64,000 nt of DNA, taken from the NCBI GenBank assembly GCA_051866635.1, contig JBJDXJ010000011.1, positions 1 through 64,000 of the forward strand. The letters run 5' to 3'. Source of the stretch: Clostridia bacterium (GTDB lineage Bacteria; Bacillota; Clostridia; UMGS1883). The position numbers and the translations under genes are program-made. Below are positions 1 through 9,666 of this stretch, piece after piece (the stretch's first letter is position 1; each line of letters opens with the position of its first letter). Under the pieces are notes generated by a model. That model did no database searches. It worked only from the letters and a program-made list of their open reading frames with translations, and was not told the origin of the DNA.

Positions 1-1364
1 AACTGTTTTACTTTTCCTGATGCGATATTATCAATAATAAATCCTGCCATATTAATAGGGTCCTTTGCTGAAGAATATGGCGGAGCATATGCAAGCTCTA
101 AATACTTTAGTTCTGTTGCTTTAAGACCTGCTGAAATAGCAGTTGCAATAACATCGATTCTCTTGTCAACACCGTCATAGCCTACAATCTGTGCTCCGAG
201 TATTTGAAGGCTTGATTTGTCAAAAACAACCTTAATCGTCATAGTAGTTGCACCGGGATAATACCCTGCGTGAGATGACGGCGAAAGTACCACACTTTCA
301 AAATCATATCCAAAATCATTAGCGGCTTTTTCTGTAAGACCAACCGAGGCGGCAGTTAAATCAAATAATTTAATAACCGATGTACCCATCGAGCCTTTGT
401 ATCTGCTATTTCCTCCGCAAATATTATCTGCGGCAATTCTCCCTTGCTTATTTGCTGGACCTGCAAGAGATATAACTGCATCCTTGGCTGTTATTAAGTG
501 TTTTACTAAAACTGCATCACCAACTGCATAAATGTCAGGAATAGAAGTTTCCATTTTGTCGTTTACTACGATAGCGCCTTTTATACCAAGCTCCATATTG
601 GCATCTTTTGCAAGAGCGTTATCAGGTGCAACACCTATCGCAAGAATAACCATGTCGGTTTTTATGGGTGTATCATCCTTTAACAAAACAGAAACGCCAT
701 CATTTTCTTCTTGAAAACCTGTTACGTCACCGTTTAACTTTAAATTCAACCCTTTTGAGCGTAGCTTCGTATGTATCATAGTAGCCATATCATAATCCAA
801 AGTGTTCATAAGTTGATTTCCACGCTGCACAACTGTTACCTTGATACCCATCTCCGATAGATTTTCAGCCATTTCAAGACCGATAAAGCCGCCACCCAGC
901 ATAACAGCGGTCTTTGGTTTTGTTGTTTTGACAAAATTATGAATCTTGAGTGTATCTTCAACTGTTCTAAGTGTAAAAACTTTATCGTTATCTATACCAA
1001 CTAAATTGGGAATAACGGGTTTTGCACCGGGCGATAAAATCAATTTATCATATGTATCTTCAAATATATCATCAGTTTCAAGATTATGAACAGTTACAGT
1101 TTTTCTGTCTGCATTGATTTTGGTGACCTCGTGACGAACATTTACCTTTATACGAAATCTGTTCCAAAAGCTATTTGGAGTCTGCAAGGTAAGCTCGTCC
1201 TCGTCTTCAATTACTCCTCCGATATAATATGGCAAACCGCAGTTTGCATAGGATATAAAACCGGAGCGTTCGTAAACTGTAATATCTGCTTTTTCATCTA
1301 ACCGCCGTAATCTTGTTGCGGCAGTAGCACCGCCTGCGACTCCGCCGACTATTACAATTTTCAT
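1..1364 (-). CDS. CoA-disulfide/persulfide reductase-like FAD-dependent pyridine nucleotide-disulfide oxidoreductase (3' part outside window)
   Basis: Not in the ORF track because it runs off the edge. Manual translation from ATG 1364 gives MKIVIVGGVAGGATAATRLRRLDE...SYANCGLPYYIGG, GGGFIGLEMAE, YAVGDA and ELAYAPPYSSAKDP, which are Cdr/Npsr family motifs. Confidence 0.9.
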   Translation of the reverse strand, partial: MKIVIVGGVAGGATAATRLRRLDEKADITVYERSGFISYANCGLPYYIGGVIEDEDELTLQTPNSFWNRFRIKVNVRHEVTKINADRKTVTVHNLETDDIFEDTYDKLILSPGAKPVIPNLVGIDNDKVFTLRTVEDTLKIHNFVKTTKPKTAVMLGGGFIGLEMAENLSEMGIKVTVVQRGNQLMNTLDYDMATMIHTKLRSKGLNLKLNGDVTGFQEENDGVSVLLKDDTPIKTDMVILAIGVAPDNALAKDANMELGIKGAIVVNDKMETSIPDIYAVGDAVLVKHLITAKDAVISLAGPANKQGRIAADNICGGNSRYKGSMGTSVIKLFDLTAASVGLTEKAANDFGYDFESVVLSPSSHAGYYPGATTMTIKVVFDKSSLQILGAQIVGYDGVDKRIDVIATAISAGLKATELKYLELAYAPPYSSAKDPINMAGFIIDNIASGKVKQ

Positions 1365-1368
1365 AAGA

Positions 1369-1689
1369 TCACCTCACTATCTTTCCACGAAAGCTACTGA
1401 TGCCACCGATATTTTCTACATTCTTATATCCCATTGACTTTAAAACAGATGTTGCCTGTGCACTTCTTCCACCGCTTAGGCAATGAACAAAAATAGGCTT
1501 GTCTAAATCAGTAATAACTGTTTGCACAGAATAAATATTTTGGAGAGGAATGTTTATGCTTCCCTCAATATGCCCGTCTTTATATTCCTCTTTTGTTCTG
1601 ACATCAAGTAAAACAGCACCCTGAGTATTGCGAAATTCATCAACACCGGCATTGATATCTGTTCTCTTAAACATATTTAATAAACTCAT
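1369..1689 (-). CDS. Rhodanese-like domain protein (sulfurtransferase)
   Basis: LLDVRT-EEY-GHIEGS and active-site loop CLSGGRS; lies directly upstream of the Cdr-like gene. Confidence 0.9.
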   Translation of the reverse strand: MSLLNMFKRTDINAGVDEFRNTQGAVLLDVRTKEEYKDGHIEGSINIPLQNIYSVQTVITDLDKPIFVHCLSGGRSAQATSVLKSMGYKNVENIGGISSFRGKIVR

Positions 1690-1784
1690 TTAAGTAATAC
1701 CTCCAAATCCTCTTTTGGTCTTGCTCCTATTAAACTGTCGGTAACTTGTCCGTTTTTGATTACTTCAAATATAGGAATACTCAT
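1686..1784 (-). pseudogene. C-terminal fragment of thioredoxin (32 aa, no WCxxC)
   Basis: Manual translation MSIPIFEVIKNGQVTDSLIGARPKEDLEVLLK matches the thioredoxin C-terminal half (MSIP...KNG...GA.PK). In-frame TAG two codons upstream; ATGA overlap with the rhodanese start. Confidence 0.7.
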
Positions 1785-1822
1785 AACCTAATTATATAAT
1801 ACACAAAATAAAATAAGGTTTC

Positions 1823-1837
1823 TGTAACTCGGTCACA
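1823..1837. promoter_or_regulatory. Candidate Crp/Fnr-family operator
   Basis: TGTAAC-tcg-GTCACA imperfect palindrome upstream of a minus-strand TATAAT (1791-1796), adjacent to the Crp/Fnr gene. Confidence 0.5.
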
Positions 1838-1847
1838 TTAAATGAAA

Positions 1848-2513
1848 TTAATTTGCAATTTTTTCAAGAGCATTCAAATCTTTGATTGTTATGGTACCTC
1901 TCTTAATAGAAATAATGCCGTCATTTTCAAATTGCTTTAACATTCGTGCAACCACCTCACGAGCAGAGTTCACTTCTCTTGCGATTGTCTCTTGAGTCAT
2001 TTTAATTGTTTTTTCTCCTGTGCGTTCATAAGCAGAAATCAAAAACTGTGCCATTCGTGAGTCAAAATGAGAAAATAAAATCTGCTCCAAAATCCAAACA
2101 ACGCTTGAAAGTCTTTTAGATGTCAATTCATACGCAAAGGATTTCACATATATGTTACTCTGGGCAAGTTTCTCAAAAGTACCCGCCCCAATTGCAAGAA
2201 GCTCAATATCTTCTTCTGCAACCATTTGAACATCAAGTAATACGCCCGAAAGAGCACAAGCGGAAGACAAAATACATTTATCACCTTCAGCAATATGAAA
2301 CAGCGTAATTTCCCGACCTTCATCTGATGTGATATACACTCTGATTGAGCCTTTTTTTACATATACAAATCCAAGACAGGCATCAGTGAAGCCATAGATA
2401 TAGGTACCCTTATTATATGTCTTAACCACAGAGCCTCGGACAGCTGTTTCTTTTTCGTTATCTGTTAGGTTATTCCAAAACGATAGCTTTGAAAGTATAT
2501 CTTTATTGTCCAT
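1848..2513 (-). CDS. Crp/Fnr family transcriptional regulator
   Basis: cNMP-binding-like barrel (GSIRVY...GREITL) plus C-terminal HTH MTQETIAREVNSAREVVARML. Start moved to ATG 2513 because the longer ORF overlaps the upstream gene. Confidence 0.9.
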   Translation of the reverse strand: MDNKDILSKLSFWNNLTDNEKETAVRGSVVKTYNKGTYIYGFTDACLGFVYVKKGSIRVYITSDEGREITLFHIAEGDKCILSSACALSGVLLDVQMVAEEDIELLAIGAGTFEKLAQSNIYVKSFAYELTSKRLSSVVWILEQILFSHFDSRMAQFLISAYERTGEKTIKMTQETIAREVNSAREVVARMLKQFENDGIISIKRGTITIKDLNALEKIAN

Positions 2514-2514
2514 A

Positions 2515-3267
2515 TTAGTGACACCCATTATGCCCACAGCCACCACTTCCGCAATTGTGTTCGTGTTCTGTGTTATGATGGTTACAATTTGCATTTGAAT
2601 TATGCTCAAGTTCTCCTGCAAGCAATTTATTGACTGCATCATCAGCATTCCCTGTAATACCTGCATATAATTTAATTCCGGCACCCAAAAGTGCCATTTG
2701 TGCACCGCCGCCAATACCGCCGCAAATTAAAATATCTACATCGGCATCGGACAAGAAACCTGCTAATGCGCCGTGACCTGATCCGTTTGTATCCACCACT
2801 TTGGATTTTACAATTTTTCCATCTTCAATGTCATAAATCTTAAACTGCTCGGTATGTCCGAAATGTCCGTAAATTTCTCCGTTTTCGTAAGTTACTGCTA
2901 CTCTCATCGTGTTTTCTCCTTTTGATATTTTTACATTTGACTTAATACAGGTTTTCTTCATACAGTGCGGTAAACCGCCTTTACAAAGGCAATAGTTCCC
3001 ACCTGAAATAACAAGTTCTTTTCCTCGTACCAGACATTCTGCTATTTTGTATCTTGCACTTTCATAAATTTCTGTTACTGTAGTTCGGGAAATATCCATG
3101 TTTTTTGCACATTCCTCGTGACTGAGTTTCTCTAAATCAACCAAGCGAATAACCTCATACTCATCTACCGAGAGAACAACGTATTGTGGATTGTCTATAT
3201 CTTTCGGCACAAAATTTGAAATAATCGGCTCGCGGCAAACTCGTCTGCATCTTTTAGGTCTTCCCAA
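2515..3267 (-). CDS. DUF134 DNA-binding domain fused to NifB/NifX-family (FeMo-cofactor-binding-like) domain
   Basis: RPKRCRR...DEYEVIRLVD...MDISRTTV (DUF134), then GHFGHTEQF...CGGIGGGA (NifX-like) and a His/Cys-rich tail. TTG start after GAGGTGAT. Confidence 0.85.
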   Translation of the reverse strand: MGRPKRCRRVCREPIISNFVPKDIDNPQYVVLSVDEYEVIRLVDLEKLSHEECAKNMDISRTTVTEIYESARYKIAECLVRGKELVISGGNYCLCKGGLPHCMKKTCIKSNVKISKGENTMRVAVTYENGEIYGHFGHTEQFKIYDIEDGKIVKSKVVDTNGSGHGALAGFLSDADVDILICGGIGGGAQMALLGAGIKLYAGITGNADDAVNKLLAGELEHNSNANCNHHNTEHEHNCGSGGCGHNGCH

Positions 3268-3485
3268 TATGATCACCTCTCGTTTCCGTTATATGTCGAT
3301 TATATCACTTTTTGGAGCATTTGTAAATAGAATTTGTAAAAATACATAAATCTTTGGGTATAAACATATCTGTAAAAGTCAAGTGAAAATGTACAATTTC
3401 GGCAAGTTACTTTTGAATAGAGTATACTCCATTCAAATCTATACTCATGCTTACCTTTTTTTGAGCAACGCCACTATGTGTGTCC

Positions 3486-3516
3486 AAAAAAGCCCTCCGC
3501 AATAGCGGAGGGCTTT
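3486..3516 (-). terminator. Intrinsic terminator of ppdK
   Basis: GCCCTCCGC-4nt-GCGGAGGGC stem followed by a U6 tract on the minus strand. Confidence 0.85.
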
Positions 3517-3534
3517 GAAATTTATTATCTTAAA

Positions 3535-6165
3535 TTACTTCATGTCAGCGATAGCTGCCTGTGCTGCTGCAAGACGAGCAATCGGAACACGGAAGGGAGA
3601 ACAAGATACATAGGAAAGACCAATCTTGTGGCAGAATTCAACAGAAGAGGGGTCACCGCCATGTTCACCACAGATACCCAGGTGCATTTCGGGACGAACC
3701 TTCTTACCGGCTGTAACTGCCATTTCCATAAGCTTACCAACACCTGTCTGGTCAAGCTTAGCGAAGGGATCGTTTTCAAAAATCTTCTTGTCGTAGTAAG
3801 CGTCAAGGAACTTACCTGCGTCATCACGGGAGAAGCCGTATGTCATCTGTGTAAGGTCATTTGTACCGAAGCAGAAGAATTCAGCTTCCTTAGCAATATC
3901 TTCAGCTGTAAGACAAGCACGAGGAATTTCAATCATTGTACCAACTTCGTACTTGATTTCAACGCCTGCTTCCTTAATAACAGCGTCAGCTGTAGCTACA
4001 ACTACATCCTTAACATACTTAAGTTCCTTTACATCGCCTGTAAGAGGAATCATAATTTCGGGAAGAACTGTCCAGTCAGAGTGCTTCTTCTGAACGTTGA
4101 TAGCAGCCTTGATAACAGCCTTTGTCTGCATTGCTGCGATTTCAGGATATGTTACTGCAAGCCGGCAACCACGGTGACCCATCATGGGGTTAAATTCATG
4201 GAGAGAAGCGATGAGGTTCTTAATGTCTTCAACGCTCTTACCCTGAGCCTTTGCAAGAGCTGCAATATCTTCTTCTTCTGTTGGAACAAATTCATGAAGC
4301 GGGGGATCCAAGAAACGGATTGTAACGGGGCAACCTTCAAGTGCTTCGTACAATGCTTCAAAGTCAGCCTGCTGCATGGGTTCAATTTTAGCAAGAGCAG
4401 CTTCTCTTTCTTCAACTGTATCAGAACAGATCATTTCACGGAATGCTGCAATTCTGTCAGGATCAAAGAACATGTGTTCTGTACGGCAAAGACCGATACC
4501 TTCAGCACCGAGTTCTCTTGCTTTCTTAGCATCCTGGGGAGTATCAGCGTTTGTTCTTACCTTAAGAACTCTGTACTTATCTGCCCAAGCCATGATTCTG
4601 CCGAATTCACCTGCGATAGAAGCATCAACTGTGGGGATAAGTCCATCATAGATGTTACCTGTTGTACCATCAATGGAGATGCAGTCACCTTCATGGAATG
4701 TCTTACCTGCAAGTGTAAACTGCTTGTTTTCTTCGTCCATCTTGATGTCGCCGCAACCGGATACACAGCATGTACCCATACCACGAGCTACAACTGCTGC
4801 GTGAGAAGTCATACCGCCACGAACTGTGAGGATACCCTGAGCAGCCTTCATACCTGTGATATCTTCGGGAGATGTTTCAAGACGAACAAGAACAACCTTT
4901 TCACCATTTTCATGCCAAGCTACTGCGTCGTCAGCTGTGAATACAATCTTACCGCAAGCAGCACCGGGAGAAGCACCAAGACCCTTACCCATGGGAGTAG
5001 CAGACTTCAATGCCTTCTGGTCGAACTGGGGGTGAAGGAGTGTATCGAGGTTTCTGGGGTCGATCATAGCAACAGCTTCCTGTTCTGTTCTCATACCTTC
5101 ATCAACCAGGTCACACGCAATCTTAAGAGCAGCCTGAGCTGTTCTCTTACCGTTTCTTGTCTGGAGCATATAGAGCTTCTTGTTTTCAACAGTGAACTCC
5201 ATATCCTGCATATCTCTGTAATGTGTTTCAAGAGTCTTACATACATTTTCAAACTGAGCAAATGCTTCAGGGAACTTTTCAGCCATTTCAGCAATGGGCA
5301 TAGGTGTACGAACACCTGCAACAACGTCTTCGCCCTGTGCGTTAACGAGGAATTCACCCATAAGCTTCTTTTCGCCTGTAGCGGGGTCACGAGTAAATGC
5401 AACACCTGTACCACAGTCATCGCCCATGTTACCGAATGCCATCATCTGTACGTTAACGGCTGTACCCCAAGAATAGGGGATATCGTTGTCACGGCGGTAT
5501 ACGTTAGCACGGGGGTTGTCCCATGAACGGAATACTGCCTTAACAGCACCCATAAGCTGTTCAATAGGATCAGAGGGGAAATCTGTACCAATCTTGGACT
5601 TATATTCAGCCTTGAACTGACCTGCAAGTTCCTTAAGGTCTTCAGCTGTAAGCTCGATATCGCTTGTAACGCCCTTCTTTTCCTTCATTTCGTCGATAAG
5701 CTGTTCAAAATACTTCTTACCAACTTCCATAACTACGTCAGAATACATCTGGATAAATCTTCTGTAGCAGTCCCAAGCCCATCTGGGGTTACCGCTCTTA
5801 ACGCTGATTGCTTCAACAACTTCTTCGTTAAGACCAAGGTTCAAGATTGTGTCCATCATACCGGGCATGGATGCACGAGCACCGGAACGAACTGAAACGA
5901 GAAGGGGATTTTCCTTATCGCCGAACTTCTTGCCTGCGATACTTTCAAGCTTCTTGATGTTTTCGAGAATTTCAGCCTGAATTTCGTCATTAATCTTTCT
6001 GCCGTCTTCATAGTACTGTGTACAAGCTTCAGTAGAAACTGTGAAGCCCTGAGGTACAGGAAGACCCATGTTTGTCATTTCTGCAAGGTTAGCGCCTTTA
6101 CCACCGAGAATTTCTCTCATGTTAGCGTTACCTTCGCTAAACAAGTAAACATACTTCTTAGCCAT
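3535..6165 (-). CDS. ppdK: Pyruvate, phosphate dikinase
   Basis: GGKGANLAEM, LVSVRSGA, phospho-His motif GGMTSHAAVVARG, FGTNDLTQ, GICGEHGG; 876 aa. Confidence 0.98.
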   Translation of the reverse strand: MAKKYVYLFSEGNANMREILGGKGANLAEMTNMGLPVPQGFTVSTEACTQYYEDGRKINDEIQAEILENIKKLESIAGKKFGDKENPLLVSVRSGARASMPGMMDTILNLGLNEEVVEAISVKSGNPRWAWDCYRRFIQMYSDVVMEVGKKYFEQLIDEMKEKKGVTSDIELTAEDLKELAGQFKAEYKSKIGTDFPSDPIEQLMGAVKAVFRSWDNPRANVYRRDNDIPYSWGTAVNVQMMAFGNMGDDCGTGVAFTRDPATGEKKLMGEFLVNAQGEDVVAGVRTPMPIAEMAEKFPEAFAQFENVCKTLETHYRDMQDMEFTVENKKLYMLQTRNGKRTAQAALKIACDLVDEGMRTEQEAVAMIDPRNLDTLLHPQFDQKALKSATPMGKGLGASPGAACGKIVFTADDAVAWHENGEKVVLVRLETSPEDITGMKAAQGILTVRGGMTSHAAVVARGMGTCCVSGCGDIKMDEENKQFTLAGKTFHEGDCISIDGTTGNIYDGLIPTVDASIAGEFGRIMAWADKYRVLKVRTNADTPQDAKKARELGAEGIGLCRTEHMFFDPDRIAAFREMICSDTVEEREAALAKIEPMQQADFEALYEALEGCPVTIRFLDPPLHEFVPTEEEDIAALAKAQGKSVEDIKNLIASLHEFNPMMGHRGCRLAVTYPEIAAMQTKAVIKAAINVQKKHSDWTVLPEIMIPLTGDVKELKYVKDVVVATADAVIKEAGVEIKYEVGTMIEIPRACLTAEDIAKEAEFFCFGTNDLTQMTYGFSRDDAGKFLDAYYDKKIFENDPFAKLDQTGVGKLMEMAVTAGKKVRPEMHLGICGEHGGDPSSVEFCHKIGLSYVSCSPFRVPIARLAAAQAAIADMK

Positions 6166-6380
6166 TGGAATTACCTCCTAAATATAATAATAAATTATTT
6201 GCTTATTCCTATGCGGATATATTATACAACAAACCTACATACATTTCCAGTACTTTTTTAAAAAAATATAATTTTTTTTCGATATTTTTTTGATTTCTTT
6301 CGTTCCAAAGAAAAGCAAAGGAGAAACGTAAAACTTTACGTCTCTCCCGCTTTACAACATTTCATACCCTTTTGCATTAT

Positions 6381-6602
6381 TTATATTTGCCTTTCAATGC
6401 ACTCTACCAATTCACCTATAGTTTCAACATCATTGTCAAGCTCAATATTAACGCCGCCCAAAACATCTTCAAGTGCCATTACAATATCAAGCAAATCAAT
6501 AAAATCAATACCTAAATCCTCAAAACTTGTTTCTTGTGTTATTTCGGATTCATCCACACTTATATTTTCTGCGATTATTGAAACCAAAGCTTCGAATACC
6601 AT
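6381..6602 (-). CDS. Acyl carrier protein-like protein lacking the phosphopantetheinylated Ser
   Basis: Acidic 73-aa protein with ACP pattern ETSFEDLGIDFIDLLDIVMALED...TIGELVE; the DSL motif reads DFI. Confidence 0.75.
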   Translation of the reverse strand: MVFEALVSIIAENISVDESEITQETSFEDLGIDFIDLLDIVMALEDVLGGVNIELDNDVETIGELVECIERQI

Positions 6603-6661
6603 ATACAAACGCCCCCAAATAGTTTTGCTTGTAGTAATTGTATATGCTACTTGCTACTCTG

Positions 6662-9412
6662 TCAATACTTTTTTACAAAGAAAGATGCAAGAAGTATATT
6701 TTTACTGTCGAAAAGATATAATCTTACGTCATAATCATCAGAAAAGTCTACAATTCCCTCTGTAATGTCAACCTTTTTTAACTCATCGTCCATATAATAG
6801 CTGGCTATCACTCGTCTTGCCTTATCTGTAACAAGTATATCCATTTGTTCTTCAGAGAGATTTTCTTTAATCTCACATGTTGGAACCGGGGGTGAATAAA
6901 TCAAATTAATCTCGGCTATATTTACATATCCGCCCTTTGGTGTTTCGTACTTTATGTAGCGGTAATCTATAAACTTGCCTAAATCAACTTCGGCATATTC
7001 ATGACGGTTAAAGTCTTCCTTTTTAAATTCGTAAATTACTTCATATTCCCCGTCCTTTTGGTTACTGCCGGAAAGTACCGCTTCCCAACCTCGATATTCA
7101 AAGCCGGGTCTGCTGTTTAAAGTTACCTTGTTAAAGGGCAAATGGTTTTCCCCAAGGTCAATTGCGGTAAAACCTGTTCTGTCTGCATCTCTGTCTGAAT
7201 GGAAGAATGTTTCAATATCTCCGTCCCATGCTTTGTCGAATGTTACGTTTTCATCTCCGTCCCAGGGGTTTGTACCAAAGGGAATACCTGTCAGTTCAAT
7301 TTCAGATGCAACATATTCCACTTCAACCTGGCTTTTAGGCTCTGCAAGCTCAAAATAGAAAAGCTGATTAGCCGTTCCGTAATAACCGCCATAAACTCCC
7401 ACCTGACTTCCCGAAGCAGTTAAGTGGTTATAAACGTCAATGCTGTCTTTACTGTCCTTATTCACAATTCTGTACATACCCTTATCTTTTTCCAAAGTCC
7501 ACAGTGCTTTGTCGTTAAGCTCACTTGTTGTCAGGAAGGATTCTGTTGACAAATACTTACCTGTTTTTTCATTTCTGAAAGCATAGTAATCGCCCTTCTT
7601 TTCAATTGTCCATATCTGTGACGGTGTATTATCTCTGTCTGCAATAACAACATCGCCTTCACTTACTTTAAGTGCTCTTTCGCTTCCTGAGCCTATAATA
7701 CGAACCTTGCTGCCATTCCCCACAATGCTTATGGGGTAGACGGCCTTCATTCCGTCCTTTTCGGCTACAAAATTCAATTGAACATGAGGCTTGTTAAACA
7801 CAAATGTATTTCCTTTAAATGTATAGTCAGGCATACAGTTGCAATTTGTTTCAATGCGGATTTTAGCATCCACTTCATTACCATTTTCATCGGTAACAAC
7901 AAATTCAAGTTCCTCACCAACTAAAGCTGTCACGGTGTTGTTTTTCTCTTTTAGGATAATACTTTTATTGCCTACATTCCCTTTAACAACAACTGTTGTA
8001 ACGCTATGTGCAGGGACGGTTACTTTACTGAGGGTTTCATATTGAACCTTTTCGCAGTCCCTTGTTTTGTCTGTTACATAAACTTCAAAGTCTGTTGCAG
8101 AAGCTCCCAAATTAGCCACATCAAAGTTATACACCTTATCCGCTGTATCTGCATTTGTCACCACAAATACAACCTTATCCGTCTTTTCATTTACAGCGGA
8201 AACAATGTTATTGTAATCTGTTTTAATAAGGGTATCTCCCGGGCGGATAAACTTTGTGTACTGCATATATGCATAATACTTCTTTGTTTTGTTGACAGTG
8301 TTTTTCTCCTTGTCAAAGGAACAAATATTCCAATAGCCCGAGTCCTTATGTGCGCCGTCATATGCCATAGCCGCCGCCTGCCACATTACCCATGCGTTAG
8401 GCTCCAAGCCTCTTAAATCCTCTGTAATTTTATTTGAGAACCAAAGTGCAGGTCCCATATTGCCGGACTCTTTGCCGCCTACTGTACCGTCGCCGTCAAC
8501 CTCTGTCATATAAAGCTTTTTGCCTGCTGACTTTGCCGCATTTTTTAAATGGTCATAGCTACCTACACTATATGAATGTGTGTTTATTCGGCTAAGTGTA
8601 TCAATAGCTTCCTTGGTGTACACATTTGCGATATTTTCACCCATACGCCAAACGTTTGTTTCGTCTGCCGCGGCTACGCCCACGTTTGTAAGCCCACGTT
8701 TGTCAAGTGCCTTTCTCACTTCCATGATAAGCCTGCTGTGGTCCTCAACATCAAAGTGACAGCCTTCCTGCCATCCTTCGTAGCCCCAGTAATTTGTGTC
8801 AGACTCGTTAAAAGGCTCTAATGTATCAAACTTAATGTTATATGTATTCTGTATTCTCTGCACCGCTTCTGCAAGATACTCTGCAAAATCGTCAAATTTA
8901 TCATCAGGCAAATTATTTTCACTTGAATTATGGTTGCCCGAACTGCATCCGCTTTCCGTCATATAGTAAGGGGGAGAATTTGAAAAGGCTTCCAAAATAT
9001 CCGCACCGTACTTAACACAAAGCTGCAATGCTTTAAGCTGACCCTTATCATTCTCCAAATTCCAGTTGCCGTCTTTATCTGTAATACCGGGCATATTTCG
9101 TCCGTCAAATTCTCTTTGATGATTATGCTCCGGGTCGTCACCGCCGCCGATGTTATAACGGGCGATGTTTAAGCCGAGACCTTCTTCTTCATCGCAAAGA
9201 GCTTTCACAACACAATCCAGCTGTTCATCCGTAAGGTTTTCACCTAAATGGTGACCCCACCAACAGATAGATGTACCCCATCCTTCAAATTCCCCAAAGG
9301 GGCTTTTATTGTTAAGGTCTAATCTCACATTATAAACCTTTTCTTCTGCAAATACGCTGATGCTTGATAAAAGCATTGCAACGCACAGGATGATTGATAA
9401 AACTTTTTTCAT
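6662..9412 (-). CDS. Secreted GH30 glycoside hydrolase (endo-beta-1,6-galactanase-like) with ricin-type lectin and F5/8-like modules
   Basis: Signal peptide; FEGWGTSICWWG, LGLNIARYNIGGGD, FSNSPPYYMT, acid/base NE (EPFNE), nucleophile MTE; QxW ricin repeats; AWDGDIETFF module. Confidence 0.85.
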   Translation of the reverse strand: MKKVLSIILCVAMLLSSISVFAEEKVYNVRLDLNNKSPFGEFEGWGTSICWWGHHLGENLTDEQLDCVVKALCDEEEGLGLNIARYNIGGGDDPEHNHQREFDGRNMPGITDKDGNWNLENDKGQLKALQLCVKYGADILEAFSNSPPYYMTESGCSSGNHNSSENNLPDDKFDDFAEYLAEAVQRIQNTYNIKFDTLEPFNESDTNYWGYEGWQEGCHFDVEDHSRLIMEVRKALDKRGLTNVGVAAADETNVWRMGENIANVYTKEAIDTLSRINTHSYSVGSYDHLKNAAKSAGKKLYMTEVDGDGTVGGKESGNMGPALWFSNKITEDLRGLEPNAWVMWQAAAMAYDGAHKDSGYWNICSFDKEKNTVNKTKKYYAYMQYTKFIRPGDTLIKTDYNNIVSAVNEKTDKVVFVVTNADTADKVYNFDVANLGASATDFEVYVTDKTRDCEKVQYETLSKVTVPAHSVTTVVVKGNVGNKSIILKEKNNTVTALVGEELEFVVTDENGNEVDAKIRIETNCNCMPDYTFKGNTFVFNKPHVQLNFVAEKDGMKAVYPISIVGNGSKVRIIGSGSERALKVSEGDVVIADRDNTPSQIWTIEKKGDYYAFRNEKTGKYLSTESFLTTSELNDKALWTLEKDKGMYRIVNKDSKDSIDVYNHLTASGSQVGVYGGYYGTANQLFYFELAEPKSQVEVEYVASEIELTGIPFGTNPWDGDENVTFDKAWDGDIETFFHSDRDADRTGFTAIDLGENHLPFNKVTLNSRPGFEYRGWEAVLSGSNQKDGEYEVIYEFKKEDFNRHEYAEVDLGKFIDYRYIKYETPKGGYVNIAEINLIYSPPVPTCEIKENLSEEQMDILVTDKARRVIASYYMDDELKKVDITEGIVDFSDDYDVRLYLFDSKNILLASFFVKKY

Positions 9413-9464
9413 ATAATCTCCTACCTTTCTGCCTTAATCCTAAGGTTTAAGGGCATATATATTT

Positions 9465-9493
9465 ATTATATCACACTTGTTTTTTCTTTTCAA
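9465..9493 (-). promoter_or_regulatory. Sigma-A promoter of the GH30 gene
   Basis: TTGAAA-17 nt-TATAAT on the minus strand. Confidence 0.6.
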
Positions 9494-9666
9494 CCATAAT
9501 AAAATCGTCTTATATACTCTAGCATTGTGGATATCGTCAAATACCCTTGTAATATCAACTAATAAGGATAAAAACTTATTAAAACGGGCAAAAATATCGT
9601 CGAATTTTCTTTTCAAAGTAGACATTCAATTCTATATTTGATAAAATATAGAAGGAGGACATTCCT

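Noticed and set aside
2514-2714. N-terminal extensions in the ORF track (Crp to 2714; likewise pyrG to 31251, purC to 36278, MTase to 13243, GltB1 from 42934, mltG to 55841)
   Set aside because: They overlap neighbouring genes or terminators and lack an RBS. Downstream ATGs have RBSs and match family N-termini.
2515-2907. Nitrogen fixation (nif) inference from the NifB/NifX-like domain
   Set aside because: No nifHDK/ENB in the window; this domain is widespread in non-diazotrophic anaerobes.
3478-5526. 682-aa ORF antisense to ppdK
   Set aside because: Exact antisense register of a highly codon-biased gene; no RBS, no motifs and atypical Cys/Phe-rich composition.
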